64,000 nt of DNA from Rhynchopus sp. YZ270_cl-10 (taxonomy: Eukaryota). Made by a program: the position numbers and the translations under genes. Under the pieces are notes generated by a model, which was given only the letters and a program-made list of their open reading frames with translations, searched no databases and was not told where the DNA came from. Positions 24,294 to 36,737 of the stretch are shown in pieces. Position 1 is the first letter of the stretch; the number at the start of each line of letters is the position of its first letter. The stretch lies in assembly GCA_964035575.1 (NCBI GenBank), contig OZ037834.1:2232001-2296000 (forward strand). The letters are read 5' to 3'.

Positions 24294-25549
24294 TTTCTTT
24301 AAAAGCGTAGCGCTCTGATCTTTCCCAGTTTTCCTGGTAATACACTCACGCTGCGTGCCCTGTGTGCAATATCCCGTCTGTGGCGACGTCATGAATTTGC
24401 CCTTTTTAAGGGTTTCCTTCTTGCAACACATCGTTCTTTTTCGATAACAAAGATCTATGATGAAACTTCTTTTTTTACTGTTGAAGGTGTGGGGAAGGGA
24501 GAGGTCTTTACCCATTGTGTCCAAGAGTGCAGAGTCTTCTTCTTGTCACACCCCCCCCTCCCTTTTTATTAGTGTACACAGGGCTTTGTATTTGAAGTCA
24601 ACTTTTATTATTATTTTTTGGATTTCACATTTGTGTGGGTTTCTCAACTCACCTGGGGTGGGGAGGTCTTGATACTGGTAGTGGTGGTGGTGGTCTTGTA
24701 AGAAGTATGATAGTCCAGTTCTGCGACGCATCAAGCAACGTGTTCCAACCCGCACGATGGGAGATAGTTCAAAAGATGAACCGCTCTTTATAAGGCATTG
24801 TCGTCGTAGGGGTTTTTCTTTAGTGGGGATGAATCTAATTTAGTGCCATCTTGCGATTGAAAAGAATATCTTACTCATATTTAGTGGTTTCCTTGTGCTT
24901 TTCATTTTTTCAGTGCGTCCGCTGAGGTGCACTGTGAGTGAGGCTTTCGACCTTTAGATGTAAACCACGAAATGGATGTAGGAACTGCATGGTTGGGGTG
25001 CCCACCCCCCGGTACAGCCGGTTATTGTACTAAAAGGTTCACTGTCACGAGAGGGCTGTTGTATTTCAAGTCAACTTTTTTTATTTTAGCACTTTAGCGC
25101 TGTGTGTGTTTTTTGTCTGCTTCCACACAAAAAAAAAAATACCGCTCGCAGCGCTATTGAATTATTATTATTATTTGTGTGTGTTTTTCTATCCTTTTGG
25201 TCTGCCTCAGGCCCACGCACTGCACACCATTCTCAGGGTGGTGTTTCATTTCGTCATATATTTTGATCTGTACAATGAAAATTTTCTCAAAACACAAAGA
25301 TTGTAGCTGATGTGGCTACACTCTCATCCAGCAATTATTCAAAAAAAAAGAAAAAGAAAACAAAAGTGGAGCTCATCCTCGGGTGTACTACACTAATAAG
25401 TTTTCAAAAAAAGAGCACGTGTCGATTGCGCACACCCAGCAAACAGACTCTTCATCCACAGCACAATTTTCTGTCCATGACGTCTTCTTTTATCCCTCCC
25501 TCCACACCACACATCACACAGACCTCATATTGCGACTTCAGTATCATCA

Positions 25550-26899
25550 ATGGCACGCTTCGTTCCTTTAGTGAGCATGTGTGTTGCGGTTACGGCGACA
25601 ACGCCCCTCCCACCCACACCGTCAGTAACAATGGTGGCGCCTGCCCCCGCATCCTCAGCAGCCTACACCGGGCCCTTGGTGGAGGGGATGACTGGGTGGG
25701 ACACAGGGCTTGAGGGACCTTCGAGGTTGTACGACTTCCCGAAGTACTACCAGACGGGGTTTGTTGCACTGGTGCCGGAGGCGATGAAGCTGGTGAAGGA
25801 CACGGAGGTGACGTTCACCTGTCCTGTGGGACACGATGGGGACTGCGACGCTGCGGTGTTCTTGTACACATGCACGCCCTGTGCACATGAAGACGGACGT
25901 GTGCCACAAACGCTTGCGCAGGCAGGATTCGAGCGCACCGCGTGTGGGCCCAACTTCGGGACCGGGAAGGCCGCAGCTCTCTCACACCACATGGCGTCGC
26001 ACAGGATGGCGATGGCGGCGGGCACGACGTACACCCTCACACTTGAGGGGGACGCAGAATGGCTTATGTTCGCCATCAGCGAGAAGGCGGTCACCGACTG
26101 CTCTGCTTTGGGTGTGTCGGAGTGCGGATCTTCTGCGGGTCTTTGCCTGTGGAAGAACAACGAGTGCATTGAAAACCTGTGCCACGTGCGCTACGGACCG
26201 TTCTATGGGTGTGCAGCGGAAACCTGCGTGGACAGAGACTTCGTCACACCCCCTCCACCACCCACACCAACCGTGTGTGACCCCACACCACTTCCGGCAG
26301 TGAACGGTTGGATTGAGTACCCTTGTGTGGACCACGTGAAGGACGTGCCCTACCAGCAGAGGGATGTTGTGGACGGCAACAAGGTTCCTAAGTACGATGC
26401 TGTTGCAGGCCCTCTGCCGTACTGTCAGAACATCTGTGTGTCTGAAGTTGTGGGGTGTGTTGGATTTCACCACCACAAGCATCCCAACGGACATGAAGTG
26501 TGCGCCTTCTACACCGACGCCGCAACGTTCACCAACCCCAACACTCAAAACGGCACTGGTGGTGTTCTGATGGAGCGTGCACCAATTGTGTGTGACCCCA
26601 CACCACTTCCGGCAGTGAACGGCTGGATTGAGTACCCTTGTGTGGACCACGTGAAGGACGTTCCCTACCAGCAGAGGGATGTTGTGGATGGCAACAAGGT
26701 TCCTAAGTACGATGCTGTTGCAGGCCCTCTGCCGTACTGTCAGAACATCTGTTTATCTGAAGTTGTGGGGTGTGTTGGATTCCACCACCACAAGCACCCC
26801 AACGGACACGAAGTGTGTGCCTTCTACACCGACGCCGCAACGTTCACCAACCCCAACACTCAGAACGGTACTGGTGGTGTTCTGATGGAGCGTGCATAG
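25550..26899 (+). CDS. Secreted Cys-rich family paralog 1 (449 aa), two 105-aa PAN/Apple-like repeats
   Basis: Signal peptide MARFVPLVSMCVAVTA; Cys-rich N-domain; 315-bp repeats start at 26273 and 26588 with CQNIC...CVGF...C(A)FY spacing. Confidence 0.9.
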   Translation: MARFVPLVSMCVAVTATTPLPPTPSVTMVAPAPASSAAYTGPLVEGMTGWDTGLEGPSRLYDFPKYYQTGFVALVPEAMKLVKDTEVTFTCPVGHDGDCDAAVFLYTCTPCAHEDGRVPQTLAQAGFERTACGPNFGTGKAAALSHHMASHRMAMAAGTTYTLTLEGDAEWLMFAISEKAVTDCSALGVSECGSSAGLCLWKNNECIENLCHVRYGPFYGCAAETCVDRDFVTPPPPPTPTVCDPTPLPAVNGWIEYPCVDHVKDVPYQQRDVVDGNKVPKYDAVAGPLPYCQNICVSEVVGCVGFHHHKHPNGHEVCAFYTDAATFTNPNTQNGTGGVLMERAPIVCDPTPLPAVNGWIEYPCVDHVKDVPYQQRDVVDGNKVPKYDAVAGPLPYCQNICLSEVVGCVGFHHHKHPNGHEVCAFYTDAATFTNPNTQNGTGGVLMERA

Positions 26900-28135
26900 T
26901 TCCCCAGCCCTAGCTGCAATGGATTGATGAAAGCAGTCTGCGAACCACAACTACAACAGACAAACGAAACGTATTCCGTTCATTGCGCGACCCCCCCAGC
27001 GACCAGGCCCCTTCTTGTTTTATTATTTTATACATTAGCTTTATCTTCACCCCCCTGAGCTGAGGTCTCCCCCTCACATTTCTTTTCCCCCAAGCACTCC
27101 CAAGATATCGGTACAGCGCAGATACATGACATGCGAACACCATCACAACCCCTTTGTTCGCAGCAAAGTTTTTTTCTTCGCTCCAGTATAACCACTGGAC
27201 ATCGAGTACCCCAACCCCACCACGCCATCCGTGACATTCCATAGGCTTTTCTATTTGCAAGATATGCGGTACGTGTCATGACATGTATCATTGTCATTTC
27301 ATTTCTTGCATCGCTTTCTGCCTAGAAAGGTTTTCAACGCGTGGCTGATACCCCTTCCCTCTTTCTTGATTCCCTCAAATATTTTTATAGGTTTTAGGTG
27401 AGAATAGGACTACGCAAAAATGGCGACTACCTTCGTTAACGTGGATGGGTCTCCCATAAGGTGCACCCCTTATCAACGAAGTTATCGTTTTTGTCAACGA
27501 CAGCGAACAACAAACGGTGCATGTGGAGGACGTTATATTGTAGTAGCCAGATCGGATGCGCAAGCTTTCGATCATTATTGTTCTTGCCGGGGAGGGAGGC
27601 GAGGAGGGGGGGAATCTGTACGTGCTGCAGCATCTCACCTGAGGTAGTCTTCTGATGACAAAGTAGGTGACGTAAATACAATGTTCTCTTCATTCAAACT
27701 GCTGGCAAAGCATTGAACCTTACCTCTTCACCCCCACCCCCACCATCTTTTTTTAACGTTTTTTTTTCCCACCTGTTCAGTATTTTTTTTTCCCAGTTTT
27801 CTTCAGATGTGTGCAGAGCACGGTCATCTGTAAACTGTCCTTTCATTTTATCGGTCAGATCCAATCTGTCTCTTGATGTCTTCTCTTGTCTTATCAACGT
27901 TGTTGTCGGGGTGCCAAAAATATGCCTGACCAGAGCACTGAAGTACTTGAATGAAGAAAGTATCGTTGGCTCACGTGTTTTGCAATTTCTTTTTGAACAT
28001 TGCCAAAACGCCATGAAAAAAGTCTCCCCTCTTTGTTTGTGTTTGTAAAGAGTTCCCTGGTAGTCTCTCTCAAGACACCCCCTCCCTCAACACCGCACAT
28101 CACACAGACCTCACATTGCGACTTCAGTATCATCA

Positions 28136-29821
28136 ATGGCACGCTTCGTTCCTTTAGTGAGCATGTGTGTCGCGGTTACGGCGACAACGCCCCTCCCACC
28201 CACACCGTCAGTAACAATGGTGGCGCCTGCACCCGCATCCTCAGCAGCCTACACCGGGCCCTTGGTGGAGGGGATGACTGGGTGGGACACAGGGCTTGAG
28301 GGACCTTCGAGGTTGTACGACTTCCCGAAGTACTACCAGACGGGGTTTGTTGCACTGGTGCCGGAGGCGATGAAGCTGGTGAAGGACACGGAGGTGACGT
28401 TCACCTGTCCTGTGGGACACGATGGGGACTGCGACGCTGCGGTGTTCTTGTACACATGCACGCCCTGTGCACATGAAGACGGACGTGTGCCACAAACGCT
28501 TGCGCAGGCAGGATTCGAGCGCACCGCGTGTGGGCCCAACTTCGGGACCGGGAGGGCCAGAGATCCTGTTTACCTTCGTCACGGGCAAGCACACCACATG
28601 GCGTCGCACAGGATGGCGATGGCGGCGGGCACGACGTACACCCTCACACTTGAGGGGGACGCAGAATGGCTTATGTTCGCCATCAGCGAGAAGGCGGTCA
28701 CCGACTGCTCTGCTTTGGGTGTGTCGGAGTGCGGATCTTCTGCGGGTCTTTGCCTGTGGAAGAACAACGAGTGCATTGAAAACCTGTGCCACGTGCGCTA
28801 CGGACCGTTCTATGGGTGTGCAGCGGAAACCTGCGTGGACAGAGACTTCGTCACACCCCCTCCACCACCCACACCAACCGTGTGTGACCCCACACCACTT
28901 CCGGCAGTGAACGGTTGGATTGAGTACCCTTGTGTGGACCACGTGAAGGACGTGCCCTACCAGCAGAGGGATGTTGTGGACGGCAACAAGGTTCCTAAGT
29001 ACGATGCTGTTGCAGGCCCTCTGCCGTACTGTCAGAACATCTGCGTGTCTGAAGTTGCGGGGTGTGTTGGATTCCACCACCACAAGCATCCGAATGGACA
29101 TGAAGTGTGTGCCTTCTACACCGACGCCGCAACGTTCACCAACCCCAACACGCAGAACGGCACTGGTGGTGTTCTGATGGAGCGTGCGCCAATTGTGTGT
29201 GACCCCACACCACTACCGGCAGTGAACGGCTGGATTGAGTACCCTTGTGTGGACCACGTGAAGGACGTTCCCTACCAGCAGAGGGATGTTGTGGATGGCA
29301 ACAAGGTTCCTAAGTACGATGCTGTTGCAGGCCCTCTGCCGTACTGTCAGAACATCTGTGTGTCTGAAGTTGTGGGGTGTGTTGGATTCCACCACCACAA
29401 GCATCCGAATGGACATGAAGTGTGTGCCTTCTACACCGACGCCGCAACGTTCACCAACCCCAACACGCAGAACGGCACTGGTGGTGTTCTGATGGAGCGT
29501 GCGCCAATTGTGTGTGACCCCACACCACTACCGGCAGTGAACGGCTGGATTGAGTACCCTTGTGTGGACCACGTGAAGGACGTTCCCTACCAGCAGAGGG
29601 ATGTTGTGGACGGTGACAAGGTTCCTAAGTACGACGCTGTTGCAGGCCCTCTGCCGTACTGTCAGAACATCTGTGTGTCTGAAGTTGTGGGGTGTGTTGG
29701 ATTTCACCACCACAAGCATCCCAACGGACATGAAGTGTGCGCCTTCTACACCGACGCCGCAACGTTCACCAACCCCAACACGCAGAACGGGGCTGGTGGT
29801 GTTCTGATGGAGCGTGCATAG
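28136..29821 (+). CDS. Secreted Cys-rich family paralog 2 (561 aa), three PAN/Apple-like repeats
   Basis: Near-identical to paralog 1; 315-bp repeats at 28880, 29195 and 29510. Confidence 0.9.
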   Translation: MARFVPLVSMCVAVTATTPLPPTPSVTMVAPAPASSAAYTGPLVEGMTGWDTGLEGPSRLYDFPKYYQTGFVALVPEAMKLVKDTEVTFTCPVGHDGDCDAAVFLYTCTPCAHEDGRVPQTLAQAGFERTACGPNFGTGRARDPVYLRHGQAHHMASHRMAMAAGTTYTLTLEGDAEWLMFAISEKAVTDCSALGVSECGSSAGLCLWKNNECIENLCHVRYGPFYGCAAETCVDRDFVTPPPPPTPTVCDPTPLPAVNGWIEYPCVDHVKDVPYQQRDVVDGNKVPKYDAVAGPLPYCQNICVSEVAGCVGFHHHKHPNGHEVCAFYTDAATFTNPNTQNGTGGVLMERAPIVCDPTPLPAVNGWIEYPCVDHVKDVPYQQRDVVDGNKVPKYDAVAGPLPYCQNICVSEVVGCVGFHHHKHPNGHEVCAFYTDAATFTNPNTQNGTGGVLMERAPIVCDPTPLPAVNGWIEYPCVDHVKDVPYQQRDVVDGDKVPKYDAVAGPLPYCQNICVSEVVGCVGFHHHKHPNGHEVCAFYTDAATFTNPNTQNGAGGVLMERA

Positions 29822-31099
29822 TTCCCCAGCCCTAGCTGCAATGGATTGATGAAAGCAGTCTGTGGACAACAACTACAACAGACAACACTACAACAACGAA
29901 ACGTATTCCGTTCAAAGTCAAACGCAAACTCAAACTCAAATTACAACATATCGGTACAGCGCAGATACATGACATGCGAACACCATCACAACCCCTTTGT
30001 TCGCAGCAAAGTTTTTTTCTTCGCTCCAGTATAACCACTGGACATCGAGTACCCCAACCCCACCACGCCATCCGTGACATTCCATAGGCTTTTCTAATTG
30101 CAAGATATGCGGTACGTGTCATGACATGTATCATTGTCATTTCATTTCTTGCATCGCTTTCTGCCTAGAAAGGTTTTCAACGCGTGGCTGATACCCCTTC
30201 CCTCTTTCTTGATTCCCTCAAATATTTTTATAGGTTTTAGGTGAGAATAGGACTACGCAAAAATGGCAACTACCTTCGTTAACGTGGATGGGTCTCCAAT
30301 AAGGTGCACCCCTTATCAAAACGACAGCGAAAAACAAACGGTGCCTGTGTGGTAGTAGCCAGATCGGATGCGCAAGCTTTCGATGACTATTGTTCTTGCC
30401 GAGGGAGGGGAGGAGGGGGGACTGTGCACGTGCTGCAGCATCTCACCTGACGTAGTCTTCTGTTGATGACAAAGTAGGTGATGCAAAAATACAATGTTCT
30501 TTTCATTCAAACTGCTGGCAAAGCATTGAGCCCCACCCCCACCACCCTCATTTTTGAACGTTTTTCTTGCACCTGTTCGCTATTTTTTTTTTCTTTTCCA
30601 GTTTTCTTCAGATGTGTGCAGAGCACGGTCATCTGTAAACTGTCCTTTCATTTTATCAGTCAGATCCAATCTGTCTCTTCATGTCTTCTCCTGTCTTATC
30701 AACGTTGTTGTCGCGGAGAAATGAAATGAGTGTACTGAATGGGGTGCCAAAAATATGCCTGAGCAGAACGGTGAAGTGTTTTTGAATGACGACGCGGGAT
30801 TGTAGGGCTGCTTGATTAACTTGACTTCTATTTGACATACTCAGCCCATTTTGGGTCGGACGATTGGTAGCCTTGCTGCGAGCCCCTTATCCTTTCCCCC
30901 ACTCCAACCGTTGGGCAACGTGCCGCACATTGTATTCATGATTCAGCCCTCTACCAAAAAAGTCCCCCCCGTATATTTAAGTTTTACCACCCCTAGTCCA
31001 CTACCACAACCACTTCAGGGTTTTTCCAAACCCCCTTCCCCCCTTTCTCATTGACGATTCCCTTTTTGAAAGAGTGAGATAGAAGGTGACAGCGAAGCA

Positions 31100-32215
31100 A
31101 TGCAGCAGCTGCTCAGGCGTTGCTGTGAGGCACCGATGCGATGGAGTGCAGGGAAGAAGCTGGTTGCGGCGATTGTCTTCGCGACTGGGCTCTTTATATT
31201 CTACTGGCCATCCATCCAGGTGCGCATAGCGTTGCTGTCGGAGGTGGACGACGTTATCACTACGGACAGCGAGCCTCGTACTCCTGAGGCTGGGTACTGT
31301 ATGTCGCAGGAGCAGATCTACCCGGGACGAGTGTACAAGACCTCTAAGGAAAATAACAGCTTCGTGTGGGTGCCGTCCAGCGGTTGCGAGCTGCATCACT
31401 TCAGACCCACGGACGCCAGCGCATGCCTCAATGGCCTGCAAAAGAAGATAGCCTTCTTCGGAGACTCACTGATCGACGACCTGGCCGATGCGATCGCCCG
31501 TCGCAGCAACAGCCGGCATGAGTTCTACGACCCCCCAGAAGGCATCGAAGGCCGCTGGTGGAGGCCGCGGCCCAACCGCGGGTTCTTCCTTGCAGGGCAG
31601 ACAACACCGTTCCTTGAGTTCTTCTGGACGCAGAGTGCCTTCTACAACGACCCGACGGACCCCTCGCGGGAGAACGCCTCCTTCGCGATACGCAATGCCG
31701 ACATTGTCCTGCTCAACAACGCGATGTGGGACATTGGCGACAGCTGCCAGGGTGTGCACGCATACTACCACGCCCTGAAGACACGTGTTGAGAAGGTGCA
31801 GAGTGTTGTCAAGCCGGGTGCGCTGCTTGTTCTGTATGATTTGCATTGGATCTGGCCGAATCAATGTGCGGCACATAAAGGGCAGGACAGTAAGTGCTTT
31901 GTGTACAACCCGGTAGCACGTGTCAAGCACTACAGAACTGCGCTGCGTCTTGTTGCAGCGTGTACAGGCGTGCGTCTCATGTCCGATACAGACATGACCA
32001 AGTTTGTCCCGCAGCACACCACCGACGGTGTGCACTACGACACGGACATGGTCAAGTTCATGAAGGCAGACCTCTTCCTCAACGGCATCTGCACGCGAGG
32101 TGAATCCGCCCCCATGGAGTTCCCAATCCTTCCACGCGCAAGCTGCAACGTTACCCAGCACTTTAAGGACTGGGAAAACTCCCGTTTTGCACGGGAGTGC
32201 AGGAAGTGGGAATAA
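31100..32215 (+). CDS. Type II membrane SGNH-like acyl-esterase/O-acyltransferase (PC-esterase / TBL / Cas1p-like), 371 aa
   Basis: N-terminal TM anchor; WVPSSGCELHHF...CLNGLQKKIAFFGDSL (GDS nucleophile) and DGVHY (DxxH). Confidence 0.85.
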   Translation: MQQLLRRCCEAPMRWSAGKKLVAAIVFATGLFIFYWPSIQVRIALLSEVDDVITTDSEPRTPEAGYCMSQEQIYPGRVYKTSKENNSFVWVPSSGCELHHFRPTDASACLNGLQKKIAFFGDSLIDDLADAIARRSNSRHEFYDPPEGIEGRWWRPRPNRGFFLAGQTTPFLEFFWTQSAFYNDPTDPSRENASFAIRNADIVLLNNAMWDIGDSCQGVHAYYHALKTRVEKVQSVVKPGALLVLYDLHWIWPNQCAAHKGQDSKCFVYNPVARVKHYRTALRLVAACTGVRLMSDTDMTKFVPQHTTDGVHYDTDMVKFMKADLFLNGICTRGESAPMEFPILPRASCNVTQHFKDWENSRFARECRKWE

Positions 32216-32855
32216 ACAAGTCGTTTCCAGCGGGTGGAGGTTGACGTCGGGGAGCGAGTTGTTGCTTGCTGAGTCAGTTGGACTGCTGCTGCGGTTGCTC
32301 CTCCACTGCCAGGTCTGTCGGCTCAGGTGTGGCACTGCTGACCACTCTATTGTAGGGTCTGTCGTCTCGTCTCCGCGGGTGTGCGAGTGTCGGTGTTTTC
32401 TCAACATACCCGTCGGAGTTCGCTGTCCCTTCTGCCAATGCTGCGGTCTCGCAACCGTGATGCCATTGATCGGAGGACGGGTGGTGGCCGGGTGCAGGGG
32501 TGGTGAAGAGGGTGGTGCGGGTGGGTAACAAAAATATTATCCGTACATCGTACTTACAGGGGGAATTAGTCAGGTCTATGCCGTGGGCAACAGGAAGCTG
32601 TGCAGCTCTGCGTGCAGTGCGGCGCATGCACCACGGCCAGCCTCGACCCGCGTGGGCCCCCAAGCTTCGATGTTTATTTCAAACAATTTACTTCCATTCT
32701 AATGCGCCTTCTCGCTTTTTTGATAAAACAATTTGTTGTCAAATTCTAAAAAGATTGGAGGCAGCGCTGCGGGCACAAAATGGATTGAAAAAGAGAGAAG
32801 CTTGTGTTCTTTGAGTTCTCATTTAACCACAACAACCCGACTTCAGTTTAACACG

Positions 32856-32914
32856 TTCCAAAGTACGACCCTGTTGGAGGCCCTCTGACGTACTGTCAGA
32901 ACATCTGTGTGTCT
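32856..32914 (+). pseudogene. Relic fragment of the PAN/Apple-like repeat
   Basis: Translates as PKYDPVGGPLTYCQNICVS versus PKYDAVAGPLPYCQNICVS in paralogs 1 and 2. Confidence 0.8.
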
Positions 32915-33069
32915 TGTGTGCCACAGACAGACATGACTACGCTAACCTCGGGTTTGCGGCAGAGCGGGGTCCTTAACGTTCACTGAGGGGGATCCACATA
33001 AATAAAGAAACAAAAAAAAAAAAAACGAAAGCAAGGAAGGAAGAAAACCAGTAAAAAAAAGAAGAAGAA

Positions 33070-35238
33070 GGAGGCACGGCAAAAATGCGCATTTTTGATA
33101 TTTTTGATATTTTTGGCAGAATTTTTTGGGCGTTTTTTGCGTTTTTTTAGGGAAAAATAGTGAGGGGAGTTGGGTCCAGTCATAGGAAGTATAGAGAATT
33201 TTTGAAAAATTCTTCCATTGGAATAAGGGTTTGCGGGCCTTGCCCTCTGAGGTGTTAGAAGGTTTGCAGGTTTGCAGGTTTAAGGAGGCGAATCTGTGTG
33301 GATGAGGGTTGAGGGTGCTTAGATGGGGTATGATACTGAGGTGCTTAAATGGTGGTTTTGTAGGTTACATAGTCACGAGACTGCCCTTGTATTAAAAGGG
33401 GGAAGAGGGGAGATGATAGGGGACAAGGCTACCAATCCGACTTAAACCGACTCAGTAGGGTCAGGTCGGACCGACCCAAACCTACCCAGCAAAAAGGTCA
33501 AAAAATAGATGTCAATTTTGAGACACTTTTTTTCCACTTTTTTCCTTAGGGATTTTTCCAGGTACTTAGCGAAGCGTTAGGGCGACTTAAGTCCCTTGGC
33601 CCCAGCGCCCTATGGGGCGCCTCCTCGTCGGGCCGTTAGGGCCCTCCGGTGGCCAGGTTCTTTCTTTGGGCTTAGAGGCTCGAAGTTCCCCGTCAGATTG
33701 GAGCTGGTGTGCTTTATGAGGCTCGCTCGTCTAGATTGAGGCTCGCTCGTCCGGATTGGGCTAGCTCGTCCGCCTTCGGCTAGACCCTCCGCCTTTGGGT
33801 GGGCTCGTGGATCTCCGTTATGTACGTACGGGTTCGATACTCTGGTTGGAGTGTGACAGCACGCCATTTCTTGAGCACGTTGGTAACACACGAAGTGCAA
33901 TGGCGATAATGGAAAGATAGATGCCGGCATTGGTGAATTGCTGGAGTTCTGCACAGGAAGCTAGCATGACGTAGAATCACTGTGTGAACAAAATGACCGT
34001 ATTTTGGTTGAAAATTTGACTTGAAAATTTTTTTCATAATTTGCCCAATCGAAGGTTTTCCTTGGATTTTTTGGGCCATTTTATGACGTACCACGCCCGA
34101 TTTTGGGCGAAAAAAAATATTTTTTTTTTGGTCAAAAATCGCCTTGTATTACCACTGTATTGGTGTAGGCTTGTACACAGAAGTGTGTTTTGTGTAACCA
34201 CAGATGGTCAAAACACCCGATTTTTGCATTTTTTTTGCATTTTTTGGTGCCCAAAGACCCACCTCAGTGGTCGAAATTTTCCCGAAAAAAAAAATTTTTT
34301 TTTTGAGATTTTTCGATTTTTTGACAAGGCGCTGGCCCATACAAAGTGCACTGGTGGTACAGAAAATGGCTGGGGAATAAACTCTAGATGCTCAAAACAG
34401 CCCAATTCATGCTTTTTTTGACTTTTTGGTCTCAGAAGGGTGCCTAGGGTGTAGTGAGCAGGCCTCAAAAACACTTGTGAAAAAAAAATTTTTTTTTTTT
34501 TTTTTTGAGATTTTTTTTGACAAGGCGCTGGCCCATACAAACTGTACAGGGTGGGTATTTTATACACAAAATAGCCGTGGAATAAATTCTAGATGCTCAA
34601 AACATCAAAATTCTGGCTTTATTTGCATTTTTGGTGCAGACATGTGCAAAAAAAAAATTTTTTTTTTTTGTGGGAAAAATTTTGTGATGTCGAAAAAAAA
34701 AATTTTTTTTCTTGAAAGAGGCACGGCACTTTTGTGGAATTTTGTGGAATTTTTTATAAGGGCACGGTAATTTTTCTTTTTGGTAAGCGTCTGCGTGCGT
34801 ACTTTTTTTTTTGAGATTCCAGGGAAAAAAATTATGTAGAAAAAAAAAATTATAAAGGGGGGCCCTCAATAACTCAACTATGTATTTTAGGTAAAAAATG
34901 TACATTTTTCAGCGCAAATTGACCCCATCACAGCACACACATACTCCCGAGAGCCGAAATCAAAAAAAATTTCCCCCGATTTTTTGTGGGCAAAAATTGG
35001 TGGGAAAATATTTTTGGCCTGTATTTCCCCCACTGTAATTTTCCTCTATAATTTTTTTCACCACTCATAATTTTTTTTACTGCATAATTTTTTTTTGCGT
35101 GCGTGCGTACTTTTTTTTGAGAAGTGGTCTGACGCTTACCAAGAAAAAAAATTACCGTGCCCTAAGGGGAAAAAGTAGAAGTCGAGTTTTTGAAATTCCA
35201 CAAAATTCCACAAAATTCCACAAAAGTGCCGTGCCTCC
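33070..35238. mobile_element. Composite non-autonomous TIR element (GGAGGCACGGCA termini, GAA flanks) with an inner MITE at 34717-35238
   Basis: GGAGGCACGGCA at 33070 and TGCCGTGCCTCC ending at 35238, both flanked by GAAGAA. A second left end at 34718 matches the right end over ~35 bp, plus inner IRs. An internal ~190-bp duplication lies at ~34290 and ~34480. Confidence 0.7.
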
Positions 35239-36017
35239 GAAGAAGTCAAATAAATATACGAAAACATTATAAAAAGAACATCACAACAGTCCTGAGTGTG
35301 TGTGGAAGGGCGGAAACGTACAACTAACAAACTCTCCCCCTATTTCGTTTCCCGTTTTTCCTGTGTGAAGATAGCTATTGAGACTGTAGTATTTTAGGTT
35401 TTAGGTGAGGCTAGGCAAAAATGGGAGGAGGGGGGAATCTGCACGTGCTGCAGCATCTCACCTGACGTAAATACAATGCTCTCTTCATTCAAACTGCTGC
35501 TGAAGCATTGGGCCTTACTTCTTCACCCCCGCCCTCATTTTTGAGCGTTTTTCACCTATTCACCTTTTTTTTTCAGTTTTCTTCAGATGTGTGCAGAGCA
35601 CGGTAATCAATCAACTGTCCTTTCATTTTATCGTTCAGAGCCAATCTGTCCCTTCATGTCTTCTCCTGTCTGTCAACGGTGCCGGAGAAATGAAATGAGG
35701 ACGCCATGAGTACTGCATGGGGATGCCATAAAATATGCCTGACCAGAACGGTGAAGCGTTTGAATGAAGAAAGTGGCATTGGCTCATGTGTTTTGCAATT
35801 TCTTTTGAACAGTGTTTGAACCCTCTATACCTTCTTTTTCGATATTCACGAATGTATATGAAATAAATTTTGAACATTGCCAAAACGCCATGAAAAAAGT
35901 CTTCCCTCTTTGTTTGTGTTTGTGAGCACAAGAGTTCCCTGGTGGTCTCTCTCAAGACACCCCCTCCCTCAACACCACACACCACACAGACCTCATATTG
36001 CGACTTCAGTATCATCA

Positions 36018-36737
36018 ATGGCACGCTTCGTTCCTTTAGTGAGCATGTGTGTTGCGGTTACGGCGACAACGCCCCTCCCACCCACACCGTCAGTGACAAT
36101 GGTGGCGCCTGCCCCCGCATCCTCAGCAGCCTACACCGGGCCCTTGGTGGAGGGGATGACCGGGTGGGACACAGGGCTTGAGGGACCTTCGAGGTTGTAC
36201 GACTTCCCAAAGTACTACCAGACGGGGTTTGTTGCACTGGTGCCGGAGGCGATGAAGCTGGTGAAGGACACGGAGGTGACGTTCACCTGTCCTGTGGGAC
36301 ACGATGGGGACTGCGACGCTGCGGTGTTCATGTACACATGCACGCCCTGTGCACATGAAGACGGACGTGTGCCACAAACGCTTGCGCAGGCAGGATTCGA
36401 GCGCACCGCGTGTGGGCCCAACTTCGGGACCGGGAGGGCCAGAGATCCTGTTTACCTTCGTCACGGGCAAGCACACCACATGGCGTCGCACAGGATGGCG
36501 ATGGCGGCGGGCACGACGTACACCCTCACACTTGAGGGGGACGCAGAATGGCTTGCCTTCGCCATCAGCGAGAAGGCGGTCACCGACTGCTCTGCTTTGG
36601 GTGTGTCGGAGTGCGGATCTTCTGCGGGTCTTTGCCAGTGGAAGAACAACGAGTGCATTGCTAACCTGTGCCACATTCGCTACGGACCGTTCACTGGGTG
36701 CCTGCCCGGATCTTGTGTCGACAGAGACTTTGTCTGA
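36018..36737 (+). CDS. Secreted Cys-rich family paralog 3 (239 aa), no PAN repeats
   Basis: ATG at 36018; homologous N-domain ending CVDRDFV*. Confidence 0.9.
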   Translation: MARFVPLVSMCVAVTATTPLPPTPSVTMVAPAPASSAAYTGPLVEGMTGWDTGLEGPSRLYDFPKYYQTGFVALVPEAMKLVKDTEVTFTCPVGHDGDCDAAVFMYTCTPCAHEDGRVPQTLAQAGFERTACGPNFGTGRARDPVYLRHGQAHHMASHRMAMAAGTTYTLTLEGDAEWLAFAISEKAVTDCSALGVSECGSSAGLCQWKNNECIANLCHIRYGPFTGCLPGSCVDRDFV

